Of a stretch of 64,000 bases of DNA, positions 8,308 to 18,300 are shown in pieces (within the stretch, counting starts at the first letter, position 1; each line of letters starts with the position of its first letter). Source of the stretch: an uncultured Syntrophaceae bacterium (lineage in GTDB: Bacteria; Desulfobacterota; Syntrophia; Syntrophales; UBA2192). The notes below the pieces were generated by a model. The model ran no database searches, was not told the DNA's origin, and was given only the letters and a program-made list of their open reading frames with translations. Both the position numbers and the translations under genes were made by a program. The DNA lies in the NCBI GenBank assembly GCA_964619035.1, contig CAZUBX010000001.1, positions 13,089 through 77,088 on the forward strand, given 5' to 3'.

Positions 8308-8592
8308 ATGTCCGAAAACAAATGCGGCGATTGGGCCAAGGGCGTTCTCATTGGAGGACTCGTCGGTGTGATCATCGGGTTGCTCTATGCGCCCAAGAGC
8401 GGAAAGGAAACTCGTGACGAGCTGTCGGACAAGGCGAAGGACGTTGCGTCAAAGCTCAAGGATGAATACGATGTCGCCCTCGAGAAGAGCAAAAGCGCCT
8501 ACGAAAACCTGCTCAAGAAATTGAAGGAAGTGGAAGCCAAGGCGGAGAAAAAGGCACAGGAAATGGGCGGAGGGTCGGCATCGCAGTCCTAA
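8308..8592 (+). CDS. YtxH-domain protein (copy 1)
   Basis: AAAGGAGG SD 8 nt upstream. N-terminal TM followed by APKSGKETRDEL, the YtxH signature. Coiled-coil Lys/Glu tail. Confidence 0.8.
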   Translation: MSENKCGDWAKGVLIGGLVGVIIGLLYAPKSGKETRDELSDKAKDVASKLKDEYDVALEKSKSAYENLLKKLKEVEAKAEKKAQEMGGGSASQS

Positions 8593-8601
8593 GGAAGGAG
8601 A

Positions 8602-9081
8602 ATGAAGCCCATGAACTGGGAAACAAGCCTGTTCATCCTTTGCCTGGCCTTGGCGGTTCTCGTGGGGTTCACGATCCCCGTTCTCCTGCAGCTGAGGCGC
8701 ACGGTCCGGAATCTTGACGTGACGATTACGACGCTGAATCAGAATCTGCCCCAGATTCTGAAAAATGTCGATTACATCACGGACAACGTCCGGCAGAGTG
8801 TCCATGCCGTAAGGGCGACGGTGGAAGAGACGATCAACCGCTCCCTGCCCTCGATTCTGGAAAATGTGGACCGTCTCACCTCGACCGTCGGAAAATCCGT
8901 CGAAATGGTGAGAAACCGCGTGGAGGACCTCTCCCTCGGTGTCGAGCGATTCCGCGGCGGCATCGCACACATCGACGACCGCCTCAAGGACTCGACCCGC
9001 AGCCGGATGTCTCATTCCCTGACAACCTTTGCCGGTTTGGTGAAACGCGTCCGGACTGCCCTGGAATCCTTCAGGCCCTGA
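8602..9081 (+). CDS. DUF948-like membrane-anchored coiled-coil protein (copy 1)
   Basis: N-terminal TM helix followed by repeated LPxIL-N-(V/L)D segments (LNQNLPQILKNVDYITDNV, SLPSILENVDRLTSTV), typical of DUF948/YtxG. Confidence 0.65.
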   Translation: MKPMNWETSLFILCLALAVLVGFTIPVLLQLRRTVRNLDVTITTLNQNLPQILKNVDYITDNVRQSVHAVRATVEETINRSLPSILENVDRLTSTVGKSVEMVRNRVEDLSLGVERFRGGIAHIDDRLKDSTRSRMSHSLTTFAGLVKRVRTALESFRP

Positions 9082-9168
9082 CGGGCCTGACCCGGGAAGC
9101 CTGCCCGAATGGCCGACCTGCGCGGTCCATTTTTTAAAAACACAACGTCATGATCCCGGGAGGACCAG

Positions 9169-9453
9169 ATGAGCGAGAAAGACGATTTTGCGAAAGGGAT
9201 ACTCACAGGAGCCCTGATCGGGGGGCTGATCGGCGTCGTGGTCGGGATCCTGGTTGCGCCGAAAAGCGGTTCGGAGACAAGACAGGAGCTTGCCGGGAAG
9301 GCCAGGAATTTTTCCGACAAGGTCCAGGATGAGTATGATTCGTTTTATGACAAGGCGAGGCGCACCCAGGACAACCTGATCCATCGTCTCCAGGAGATCG
9401 AGGAGACCGCGCGCAAGAAAGCCGACGAACTGGCCGCCAAATTAAAATCCTAG
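9169..9453 (+). CDS. YtxH-domain protein (copy 2)
   Basis: MSEKDDFAKGILTGALIGGLIGVVVGILVAPKSGSETRQEL. Paralogous to the 8308-8592 gene. Confidence 0.8.
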   Translation: MSEKDDFAKGILTGALIGGLIGVVVGILVAPKSGSETRQELAGKARNFSDKVQDEYDSFYDKARRTQDNLIHRLQEIEETARKKADELAAKLKS

Positions 9454-9504
9454 ACCTTGGCCGATCCAGGCGATCGGCGGATCCCAACGAGGAGGCCTTT
9501 GCCC

Positions 9505-9921
9505 ATGCCGTGGGAGATCAGCGTTGCACTGGCTGCAGCGGCCCTGCTGGCGCTTGCCGCTGTCGCGACCATGACATTGGCTGAGATGCGAAGAGCGGGC
9601 AGAAATGTCACGGAACTCACCGCAACCATGGAGAGGCACCTGCCCGCCATTCTTCAAAACCTCGACGAAATCAACCGCAATGCCAATGCCTTGAAGTCCT
9701 CCATTCAGGCCCTTTCGGACAGGGCCGCCGAAACGGGCAAGGGATTCGAGAGAGTCGCCGGCGACGTCCACGCCGCAGCGCAATCCCTCGAGGAGAGCTT
9801 GATCGCTCCGGTCCTCAAGACCGTGAAAGGGGTGTCAACCCTTCTCGCCTTCGGTGCCGCCCTCCGGGGGCTGCGCCACCCTCTCAGGCTGTGGCTGTGG
9901 AGGGGGCAGGGCAGGGCGTGA
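9505..9921 (+). CDS. DUF948-like protein (copy 2)
   Basis: GAGGAGG SD 9 nt before the ATG at 9505. TM helix followed by HLPAILQNLDEINRNANALKSS. Its 3' end overlaps the convergent gene by 87 nt. Confidence 0.6.
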   Translation: MPWEISVALAAAALLALAAVATMTLAEMRRAGRNVTELTATMERHLPAILQNLDEINRNANALKSSIQALSDRAAETGKGFERVAGDVHAAAQSLEESLIAPVLKTVKGVSTLLAFGAALRGLRHPLRLWLWRGQGRA

Positions 9922-10599
9922 TCCCTTCCTCTTCTTGAAAAGCGATCTCAACCACCATCCCACGTGGAAATACCCCCCCAGGATGATCAGCGCGGTCACG
10001 CCGAGCAGGATGAAAAAAAGCACATCCTGATCGTTGCGCAGAGAGCTTCCCTGGAGCGACAGAAGGGTTGTACCGAGCAGGCGGCCCGTCGTGGAGATGA
10101 CCAGGAAATGCCGCTTTCGCATGTGGGAGAGCCCCAGGATGTAGCAAAGGGTGTCCTTGGGAAAGCCGGGAATCAGGAAGAAAATGAAAGAGATCACCAG
10201 CCCCTGGTGCTCCAGGAAGTAGTCGTATTTCCGGATCGTCGACGGACGGATGATCCTCTCGACGAAGGGAAGCCCCAGGTAGCGGGCAAGAACAAAAGCA
10301 ATCCAGGAGCCGATGGTGAGGCCGATCGTGGAGTAAATCGTCCCGAGAACGGGTCCGTAAAGATACCCGCCCATGAGCCCCGTCACGTCGCCCGGCAGGG
10401 GGGAAATGATCACCTGGGCAATCTGAAGTGCGACGAACAGGAGAACCGAAAGGGGACCGTGGGAAGTCAGAAACTCAGACAGGCGCTCCCGGTCCATGAA
10501 GAAGGAATGGATGTTGAAGTGCAGAATGAGAAAAATCCCGATGGCAACGGCCAGCGGGACGAGCAAAACCCTGGCAAAGGATCTTTCCACGCGGAACAA
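9835..10599 (-). CDS. TVP38/TMEM64 (DedA-related) family membrane protein
   Basis: Multi-TM protein with ISPLPGDVTGLMGGYLYG and FLIPGFPKDTLCYILG motifs typical of the family. Pro-rich C-terminal tail. Confidence 0.8.
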   Translation of the reverse strand: MFRVERSFARVLLVPLAVAIGIFLILHFNIHSFFMDRERLSEFLTSHGPLSVLLFVALQIAQVIISPLPGDVTGLMGGYLYGPVLGTIYSTIGLTIGSWIAFVLARYLGLPFVERIIRPSTIRKYDYFLEHQGLVISFIFFLIPGFPKDTLCYILGLSHMRKRHFLVISTTGRLLGTTLLSLQGSSLRNDQDVLFFILLGVTALIILGGYFHVGWWLRSLFKKRKGSRPALPPPQPQPERVAQPPEGGTEGEKG

Positions 10600-10807
10600 A
10601 CCCCGGTGATGGATCTGTGCAATCGATGAGCCGGGTATTTCGCGAATTCATCCTCCGATGCAAACCCCGGCCCGTGATCACTTAACCTAGCACATCTTCC
10701 CGCTCATGGCAAAGTGAATACGGTTGCGAGTAAGTCCTTTCGGCCTTTGCTTCATCTGTCAAAGGCCGCCGTTCCGATCGAAACAAGTCGTCGCGTCGTT
10801 ATACTCC

Positions 10808-10836
10808 TTGAATTTTTCTTGAATTTTCGCTAAAAA
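10808..10836 (+). promoter_or_regulatory. Possible sigma70 promoter for patatin gene
   Basis: TTGAAT (10808-10813), 17-nt spacer, TAAAAA (10831-10836). It lies inside the direct repeat CTTGAATTTTT/CTTGAATTTTC. Confidence 0.35.
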
Positions 10837-10936
10837 GGGTCATCGGGTGATCCAGGGTGGCTGCGGTCGTGTCCTGATTTCTCATCGACTGCCATCCCAG
10901 GTGAAGGGACGCCTCTCGAGTGCAGGAGGACCAACC

Positions 10937-12031
10937 ATGCCGGATAAAATGAGAAAAATCGGTCTTGCCCTCGGCAGCGGCTCTGCACGCGGCTGGTCCC
11001 ACATCGGGGTTATCCGGGGACTGCAGGAAGCGGATATCGCCATCGATATCGTCTGCGGCTCCTCGATCGGCGCCCTCGTGGGGGGGGCCTACGCGGCGGG
11101 AAAGCTCGATGAGGCGGAAAAGCTCATCCGCGGACTCGCCTGGTCGGATGTGCTGGGGTTCATGGAAGTGCCCGTACCCCGGTCCGGTCTCATCGACAGC
11201 GGGAAGATCGCCGATTACCTTCGGGAAAGGCTCGGGGACCCGAACATCGAGGATCTCCCCATACCCTTCGCAGCCGTGGCGACGGATCTGACATCGGGGC
11301 AAGAGGTCTGGATCCGCAAAGGATCCCTCATCGAGGCCATACGGGCAAGCCTCTCCATGCCGGGAATGTTTACACCATGCTTCCGGGACGGCAAGCTCCT
11401 CGTCGACGGGGGGCTCATCAATCCCGTTCCCGTGTCGCTTTGCCGTTCCCTTGGCGCCAACACCGTCATTGCCGTAAACCCCAACACGGACATCAAGATC
11501 CAGTACGAGATCACCAGGGAACCCATTCTCGGCGGACCCCCGAAAACGGAACCGGAGGAACAGGAACAGGGGCTTCGCCTCCGGGATCTCTTTTTTGCAG
11601 GCCTCACGCTCTATGTGTCGGAGCGGATTCACCGCGGGAAATCGGTCATGAAAGGGCCAGCCGGCGCGAAGAGTACCGATTCAGAGAACAAAGGCCTGAA
11701 GGATCACATGATCGATTATCTCTCCGACTACATCAACGCCACAATGAAACAAGGAAAGTCCCTGGCCCTGGGGCAGATCAGCCAGGACGGCGCGTTCCGG
11801 GAGCCCTCGCTCTTCGAGGTGCTTACAGCCTCCATCAACCTGATGGGAGATCGGATCGCCCGCCAGCGCCTTGCTGGCGACCCGCCCGACGTCCTGATCC
11901 TGCCCCATGTCTCCCATGTCGGGCCGCTCGAGTTCAACCGGGCCGACGAGGTCATCGAAGCGGGGCGCCGCGCGCTGAACCTCATGCTGCCCATGCTGAA
12001 GGATCAGATCGGCTTCGTCGTGACGATTTGA
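10937..12031 (+). CDS. Patatin-like phospholipase
   Basis: AGGAGGA SD before the ATG at 10937. GSGSARG oxyanion motif, GSSIG nucleophile elbow and DGG catalytic Asp motif (LLVDGGLINPVP). Confidence 0.85.
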   Translation: MPDKMRKIGLALGSGSARGWSHIGVIRGLQEADIAIDIVCGSSIGALVGGAYAAGKLDEAEKLIRGLAWSDVLGFMEVPVPRSGLIDSGKIADYLRERLGDPNIEDLPIPFAAVATDLTSGQEVWIRKGSLIEAIRASLSMPGMFTPCFRDGKLLVDGGLINPVPVSLCRSLGANTVIAVNPNTDIKIQYEITREPILGGPPKTEPEEQEQGLRLRDLFFAGLTLYVSERIHRGKSVMKGPAGAKSTDSENKGLKDHMIDYLSDYINATMKQGKSLALGQISQDGAFREPSLFEVLTASINLMGDRIARQRLAGDPPDVLILPHVSHVGPLEFNRADEVIEAGRRALNLMLPMLKDQIGFVVTI

Positions 12032-12090
12032 GAAGCATCTCCGGTCAGCTTGTCCTCGATAGAATATTCCTGCCTTCCGTGAAAAAGACC

Positions 12091-12152
12091 TTGACAATCA
12101 TCCTTGCCTCACGCACTATCGAACGCCGATTCATAATAATGAACGTTCGTTC
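12091..12152 (+). promoter_or_regulatory. Promoter plus palindromic operator upstream of tetR-efflux operon
   Basis: TTGACA (12091-12096), 17 nt, then CACTAT. Immediately downstream is the composite inverted repeat GAACG-ccga-TTCAT-aata-ATGAA-cgtt-CGTTC (12121-12152). Confidence 0.45.
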
Positions 12153-12161
12153 AGGAAGCGT

Positions 12162-12848
12162 ATGGGCATGACCGGGAAATTGCAGAGGAAGGAAAAGGAA
12201 TTTCTGTTTCGCCGCGCCGAGATTCTCGAGCAGGCGGTGAAGATCTTTTCCGCGAAGGGGTTCCATGAGACAACGATGGCGCAGATCGCGGAAGCCTCCG
12301 GCTTTTCGATCGGGAGTCTTTATCATTTCTTCCGCGGAAAAGAGGAGCTCTACTCCGTCATGGTGACGGAGAAGGTCCGTATGATGTACGACGAAATCAT
12401 GGGAGCCGTGAGCCGGGAGCCGGCCTTCCTGGGCAGGATCAATGCCCTCGTGATATCCCACTTCGCTTACGTGGAGCACCATATCGACTTCTACCGTCTG
12501 TTGGTCGGTCATGAAAGCGGCCTGAGATCGGAGGGTCTGAAGAAGCTGCGGGACAGCATTCTTGACGAGCACCGCAAGCATGTCGGATGGATCGAAGATC
12601 TCCTTCGCGAAGGAATCCGGCAACAGGTCCTCAGGGCTCTCGACACGAAGTCCCTGGCCAATGCCCTCGTGGGGATCATCGCCTACTCCAAGTTCGCCTG
12701 GATCATGAACCCCTCAGGGGCATCCCTGCTGGGAAAGGTGGACGACGTCCTGGACGTGTTCCTCCGGGGCGCCGCCGCGGGACAAGAAGTCGGGCAGGCG
12801 GTAACATCCGTCCTCGACCGGAAAAACAGGACTCAGGAGGCAGGATGA
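12162..12848 (+). CDS. TetR/AcrR-family transcriptional repressor
   Basis: N-terminal HTH FHETTMAQIAEASGFSIGSLYHFFRGKEELY. Its stop overlaps the next gene's start (ATGA). Confidence 0.85.
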   Translation: MGMTGKLQRKEKEFLFRRAEILEQAVKIFSAKGFHETTMAQIAEASGFSIGSLYHFFRGKEELYSVMVTEKVRMMYDEIMGAVSREPAFLGRINALVISHFAYVEHHIDFYRLLVGHESGLRSEGLKKLRDSILDEHRKHVGWIEDLLREGIRQQVLRALDTKSLANALVGIIAYSKFAWIMNPSGASLLGKVDDVLDVFLRGAAAGQEVGQAVTSVLDRKNRTQEAG

Positions 12849-14167
12849 AAATCTGCATGAAGTGGGTGGTCCCCCTTGGATTGCTGATCGTTATCGGATT
12901 CGGACCCGCTCAAGCCGGGGAATACACCCTGGAGGAGCTTTACATGATCGGGATGCAGAAATCCGAGAAGGTGAAGATCTCCGGCGAAAACGTGGAGATC
13001 GCCGACTCCGGGAAGTACAAGGCCCTGTCGGCGCTTCTGCCGAAAGCAACCGCATTCGGGGCCGGTACGCAATTCTCGGGGGAAAGAACGACTGCCACGG
13101 GAACCATCATCCAGCCACACACGCAAGGGAACTGGGGGGTTCGCGTCGACGAGACCCTGTCGTTGAGCGGGCGTGAATTCATGTCTTATTCCCAGTCCAA
13201 GGATAACGTGGAGAAAAGCAGGTTTGATAACCGGACGTTTCGGGAGGATTTTCTTCTCACCCTGTCCCTGGCCTACTTCGAATTCCTGAAGGCCAGGAAG
13301 GGCCTCGAGATCGCCGACTCCAACGTGGAGCGACTGACGAAATACCGGGAGGCCGCCAAGACCCGCTTGAAGGCGGGCGAGATCACGAAGACCACGGTCC
13401 TGCGGGCGGAAGGCGAACTCTCCGGGGCCCTCTCGGATCAGATCAAGGCAAGAAATTTCTACGAAAGCTCGCGGGTGAACCTGGCACGACTCGTGGGGAT
13501 CGAACGGGACTTCCAGATCCGGGAGATTCCCGTCACGGAGCGGGAAACGGTCTCACTCGATGTCTTGAAGGAAAAAGCGCTCAAGAACCGTCCCGATGTG
13601 AAGAGCATCGAGACACAGGTCCAGATTGCCGAAAAACAGGTTGACGTCACCAAGGGGGCGTACTGGCCCAGCGTTTCGCTCTCGGGGGTCTACGCCGGAA
13701 CGGACCAGAATCCGGCCACGCCGACGATCAACCGGGAGAGTACCTATGGTGTCCTCACCCTCAATTTCCCGTTATTCGAAGGCGGACTGAGGCGGGCGGA
13801 GGTGCAAGAATCGCAGTCGAAGTACCGCCAGGCCGAGTTCCAGTACCGGGACTTTGTGAAGTCCGTGAACGTGGAGGTGGAGAACACCTACCTCGATCTC
13901 ATCGCCCAGAAGGGCATCTACAAATCCGCCCAGGACCAGATGGCCTATGCCGAGGACAACATCCGGGCGGTGGCGAAACAGTTCGAGTTCGGGCTGGCCA
14001 GCAGTCTCGATGTCATCGACGCCAACAACCTGCTCATCTCGGCCCAGAAGCTTATGGCCGATGCCACCTATAACTACCAGTTCTTCATCCTCCGCCTGCA
14101 GCGTGTGACGGGTTTTCCCCTGATGGAATTTGTCGCCGGCAGGACGGGCGAAGAGAGAAAACCCTAG
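12845..14167 (+). CDS. TolC-family outer-membrane efflux protein
   Basis: Signal peptide MKICMKWVVPLGLLIVIGFGPAQA. Two OEP-type coiled-coil repeats (RAEGELSGALSDQIKARN... and QESQSKYRQAEFQYRD...). GGAGG SD precedes the start. Confidence 0.85.
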   Translation: MKICMKWVVPLGLLIVIGFGPAQAGEYTLEELYMIGMQKSEKVKISGENVEIADSGKYKALSALLPKATAFGAGTQFSGERTTATGTIIQPHTQGNWGVRVDETLSLSGREFMSYSQSKDNVEKSRFDNRTFREDFLLTLSLAYFEFLKARKGLEIADSNVERLTKYREAAKTRLKAGEITKTTVLRAEGELSGALSDQIKARNFYESSRVNLARLVGIERDFQIREIPVTERETVSLDVLKEKALKNRPDVKSIETQVQIAEKQVDVTKGAYWPSVSLSGVYAGTDQNPATPTINRESTYGVLTLNFPLFEGGLRRAEVQESQSKYRQAEFQYRDFVKSVNVEVENTYLDLIAQKGIYKSAQDQMAYAEDNIRAVAKQFEFGLASSLDVIDANNLLISAQKLMADATYNYQFFILRLQRVTGFPLMEFVAGRTGEERKP

Positions 14168-14190
14168 GGAAACCGGAGGAACCAAATCTG

Positions 14191-15300
14191 ATGCTCAACC
14201 GAGACGCGAACTCATTGACTGCGACCAGGCGATTCCGGGCAGCGGCGGCGACACTCTTTCTTCTCCCGTTCCTGCTCCTCGGTGCATGCGGGAAGAAGGA
14301 TGCCAAGGTGGCGGAGGAGAAAACGGTCAACATTCAGGTCAAGACCGTGGAGACAAAATCCCTGAGGCCCTTTATCGAAACCATCGGTTCGATGAAGGCC
14401 TTCGAGCAGGTGGTCGCATCGAGCGAGATCGAGGGAATTCTGCGCACGACGAACGTCGAAGAGGGCGCTTTCGTGTCCAAGGGGGCGCTGCTGGCCACGG
14501 TGGAGGACAGGGACTATGCCAGTGAACTGAGGCGTGTCGAATACGCCCTCAAACAGGCCGAAGCGACCCTTGTCAATACGAAGGCGGAGTTCGGCCGCAA
14601 AGAAACCCTGTATAAGGAAGAACTCGTCACCAAGCAGCAGTTCGACGATGTGGCCATGAGGATGGCTGTCGCCGATGCCGAGCTTGAGCGTTCCAGGGCC
14701 GCCCTGGCCATTGCCCGGGAACGTTTTGCCAAGACACGCATCCTCGCCCCCATGGCGGGATACATCAGCGAAAAGAAGATCTCCCAGGGGGAATACGTCC
14801 GCAACGGAACCCCGCTGTACACCCTCGTGCAGATCGATCCTCTCAAGCTGCTATTCACCGTATCGGAGAAGGACATCGGCCGGCTCAAGATCAACCAGGA
14901 CGTTCAGTTCAAGGTAGATGCCTATCCCGACCGGGAGTTCAAGGGGCGGGTCACGATCCTCTACCCGACGATCGACGAGAGGACCCGGAGCCTCATGGTC
15001 GAGGCGAGGGCCTCAAACCCGGAGCGCCTTCTGAAACCGGGGCTTTTCGCCAAGGTCATGCTCTACACGACCGAAGCGAGGGATACGGTCGTCATCCCCG
15101 TGACGTCCATGCTCTACGAGGGAAAAAACGTCAAGGTCTTTGTCGTGGAAGGAGACCGGGCCAAGGAACGGCTGGTGAAGGTGGGGAACAAGTACGACGA
15201 CCTGATGGAGGTCGTCGATGGCCTCAAGGGCGGTGAGACCCTCGTCGTCGTGGGCCAGCAGAACCTCGCGGAAGGGGTGAAGGTCAATGTGGCTCGCTGA
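14191..15300 (+). CDS. RND efflux periplasmic adaptor (MFP/HlyD family), lipoprotein
   Basis: Lipobox LLGAC. Lipoyl/hairpin/beta-barrel pattern (EIEGILRTTNVEEGAFVSKGALLATVE...ILAPMAGYISEKKISQGEYV). Confidence 0.85.
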   Translation: MLNRDANSLTATRRFRAAAATLFLLPFLLLGACGKKDAKVAEEKTVNIQVKTVETKSLRPFIETIGSMKAFEQVVASSEIEGILRTTNVEEGAFVSKGALLATVEDRDYASELRRVEYALKQAEATLVNTKAEFGRKETLYKEELVTKQQFDDVAMRMAVADAELERSRAALAIARERFAKTRILAPMAGYISEKKISQGEYVRNGTPLYTLVQIDPLKLLFTVSEKDIGRLKINQDVQFKVDAYPDREFKGRVTILYPTIDERTRSLMVEARASNPERLLKPGLFAKVMLYTTEARDTVVIPVTSMLYEGKNVKVFVVEGDRAKERLVKVGNKYDDLMEVVDGLKGGETLVVVGQQNLAEGVKVNVAR

Positions 15301-18300
15301 CACCTCCATCAAACGGCCCGTCACGGCGACGATGTTCCTCATGGCCCTCGTCGTCCTGGGCATCGTGAGCTACCCCAGTATCGGCGTCGATCTCTACCCC
15401 AAAGTCGATTTCCCCATTGTCAACGTCACGACGCGTCTGATCGGGGCAAGTCCCGAGATCATGGACATCGACGTGACGGACAAGATCGAGGAGTCGATCA
15501 ACACGATCAACGGCGTCAAGACGATCAGCTCCCAGAGCGTCGAGGGGGTGTCCGTCGTCACCGTGGAATTCGAGCTCGAGAAAAACATCGATCTCGCCGT
15601 GCAGGATGTGCGGGAGAAAATCTCCATCATCCGCTCGAAGCTCCCGACCGACATCGAAGAGCCCATCATTCAGAAGGTGGACCCCGATGCCACCCCAGTC
15701 CTGTGGCTGAGCCTCTCGGGCAGCCGCTCGATCGGTGAGCTGTCCACCTATGCCGATGAGGTCCTCCAGGAGAAACTGCAGAAGGTGACGGGGGTGGGGG
15801 CCGTCAACGTCACGGGGCTCAGGCTCCGGCAGGTGCGCATCTGGCTGAGCCGGGACAAGCTCCAGGCCTATCAGATCACGTCCAGCGACGTTGCACAGGC
15901 CCTGGCACGGGAGAACGTAGAGAAACCCGGGGGGAGGATCGAGAGCCTCTCCAAGGAGTACTCCATCAAGGTCAAGGGAGAATTCCCCCGGGTTTCCGAT
16001 TTCAACGATCTCATCGTGGCCTATTCCAAGGGAGCCCCCGTACGCATCAGAGACATCGGCCGCGCGGAAGACGGCCTCGAGGAGAGGCGATCCATTGCAC
16101 GCCTCAACGGGGAGACAGCCGTCGGCCTCGGCATCCAGAAGCAGTCGGGAACCAACACCGTCGAGGTCGTTGACCTGGTGAAAAAAGAGCTGGCGAAGGT
16201 CCAGAAGACCCTGCCGCCGGGGATGAATCTCAGCATCTCTTTCGACCAGTCCCGGTTCATCAAGACCTCCATCAACGAGGTGCAACACCACCTGATCATC
16301 GGCGGTTTGCTCGCCGTTTTCGCCGTCTTCCTTTTTCTGAAAAACGTCAGGACGACGCTCATCAGCGCCCTGGCCCTTCCGATTTCCGTTATTGCCACTT
16401 TTACCCTCATCCAGGCATTCGGTTTCACCTTCAACAACATGACGATGCTGGGCCTGACCCTGTCCATCGGGCTGCTCATCGATGATGCCATCATCGTCAT
16501 CGAGAACATCTACCGGAATATCGAGCTGGGGATGAAACCCCGGGAAGCGGCATCCTTTGCCACGGCCGAGATCGGGCTCGCCGTCATGGCGACCACGATG
16601 GCCATCGTGGCCATTTTTCTCCCCGTGGCGTTCATGAAGGGGATCATCGGGCGATTCTTCCTGCAGTTTGCCCTCACCGTGGTCTTTGCCGTTCTCGTGT
16701 CGCTCATCATTTCCTTCACCCTGACACCCATGATGTCTTCCCGTTTTCTGAAGCCCCACGGGCAGGAGACTCCCGGTCCTCGATGGAAGCCTCTGCGCAT
16801 GGTTTATCAACGGATACAGAGGATGGGTGACTGGCTGGAGAGGCGCTATGGCGAGATGGAGCGGGTCTATCGCCGATTCCTCGAGTTGTGCCTGGACAGG
16901 AGAAAGACCGTTCTTGTGCTTGCCCTTGTCATTTTTATCTTGAGTCTCATGATGACTCGGTTCATCGGCAAGGAATTCGTGCCGGCAGAGGACCAGAGCC
17001 AGTTCATCGTGCGGCTCGAGGCGCCCATCGATTATTCCGTCGATGCCACGGACGGGCTCTTTCAGAAGGCCGAGGCCATCGTCAAGGGGATCCCCGAGAT
17101 CACGAGATTGTACTATTCCCAGGGAGGAGGCCGATTCCGGGAGGTCAACAAAGCCGTTTTCATGGTCACCCTGACGCCGAAGAAGGAACGGAAAAGAAGC
17201 CAGCAGGATATCCAGGCAGTGATCCGTAAAGACCTGTCCCGGATCCCGGGCCTCAAGGCAAGCGCCGAAAACATATCCCTGATCGGGGGCGGGCAGCGAA
17301 ACGTGCCCATCCAGTACTCGATCCGGGGAACGGATCTGGATGCCCTCCAGAAGTATGCAAAACAGATCACCACAGAATTCGCCCGCCTCCCCGGAATTGT
17401 CGACGTGGACACCTCCCTGGAATCGGGCAAGCCGGAGGTCAAGGTCTACATCGACAGGGACAAGGCCGCCGACCTGGGGGTCAACATCGCTACGATCGCC
17501 GAGGCGGTCAACTTCCTGATCGGCGGAGAGGTCGACGTGACCAAGTACAAGGACGAGGCGCGGGGGAGACGCTATGACGTGAGGGCCAGACTCGATCCGG
17601 GCGACAGGTCGAGCCCCTCCGATATCGGGCGTATCTACGTGCGCTCAAAGGACGGACGTCTCGTGGAGCTGTCGAATGTCGTGCAGATTCAAGAGGGAGG
17701 CGGCCCCAGCATTATCAACCGGGTTGACCGGCAGCGGGCTGTGACCGTCTTTGCCAACCTGGAGAAGAAGCCGATGGGACAAGCCATGGCGGAGCTCGAC
17801 AGGATCACGGCCGGCGTGCTACCCTCCGATTTCACGGCGAGCTACAAGGGCCAGGCCAACGTGATGCAGGAGTCCTTTCAGTACCTGCTGTTTGCAATCC
17901 TGCTCGGCGTCATCATGGCCTATATGGTCCTGGCGGCACAGTTCGAGAGCTTCATCCATCCGTTCACGGTTCTGCTCTCCCTTCCCCTGTCGTTCATCGG
18001 GGCATTTGGCGCGCTCCTGATCACGGGAAAGACCCTCAACGTATTCAGCTATATCGGCCTCATCCTCCTGATGGGGCTCGTGAAAAAGAACGCTATTCTT
18101 CTCGTGGATTACACCAATACCCTGAGGGCCCGTGGGGTTGACCGAAGAAGCGCCATCCTGGAGGCGGGCCCCGTGCGGCTCAGGCCCATCCTCATGACGA
18201 CCGTTGCCATGATTTTCGGCATGCTTCCCGTCGCCTTCGGCGTCGGAGAGGGCGCCGAGACCCGCTCGCCCATGGGCGTATCCGTCATCGGCGGTCTTCT

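Noticed and set aside
12587-12844. N-terminal extension of the TolC-like ORF overlapping tetR.
   Set aside because: The extension is Arg/Pro/Gly-rich. The signal peptide starts at the ATG at 12845, which has a GGAGG SD and ATGA coupling to tetR.
15284-16810. 508-aa ORF antisense to the RND pump gene.
   Set aside because: It lies entirely inside a strongly supported AcrB-type gene. Its composition is D/G/H/R/E/P-rich with no motifs and it has no SD. This is a typical shadow ORF of GC-rich coding DNA.
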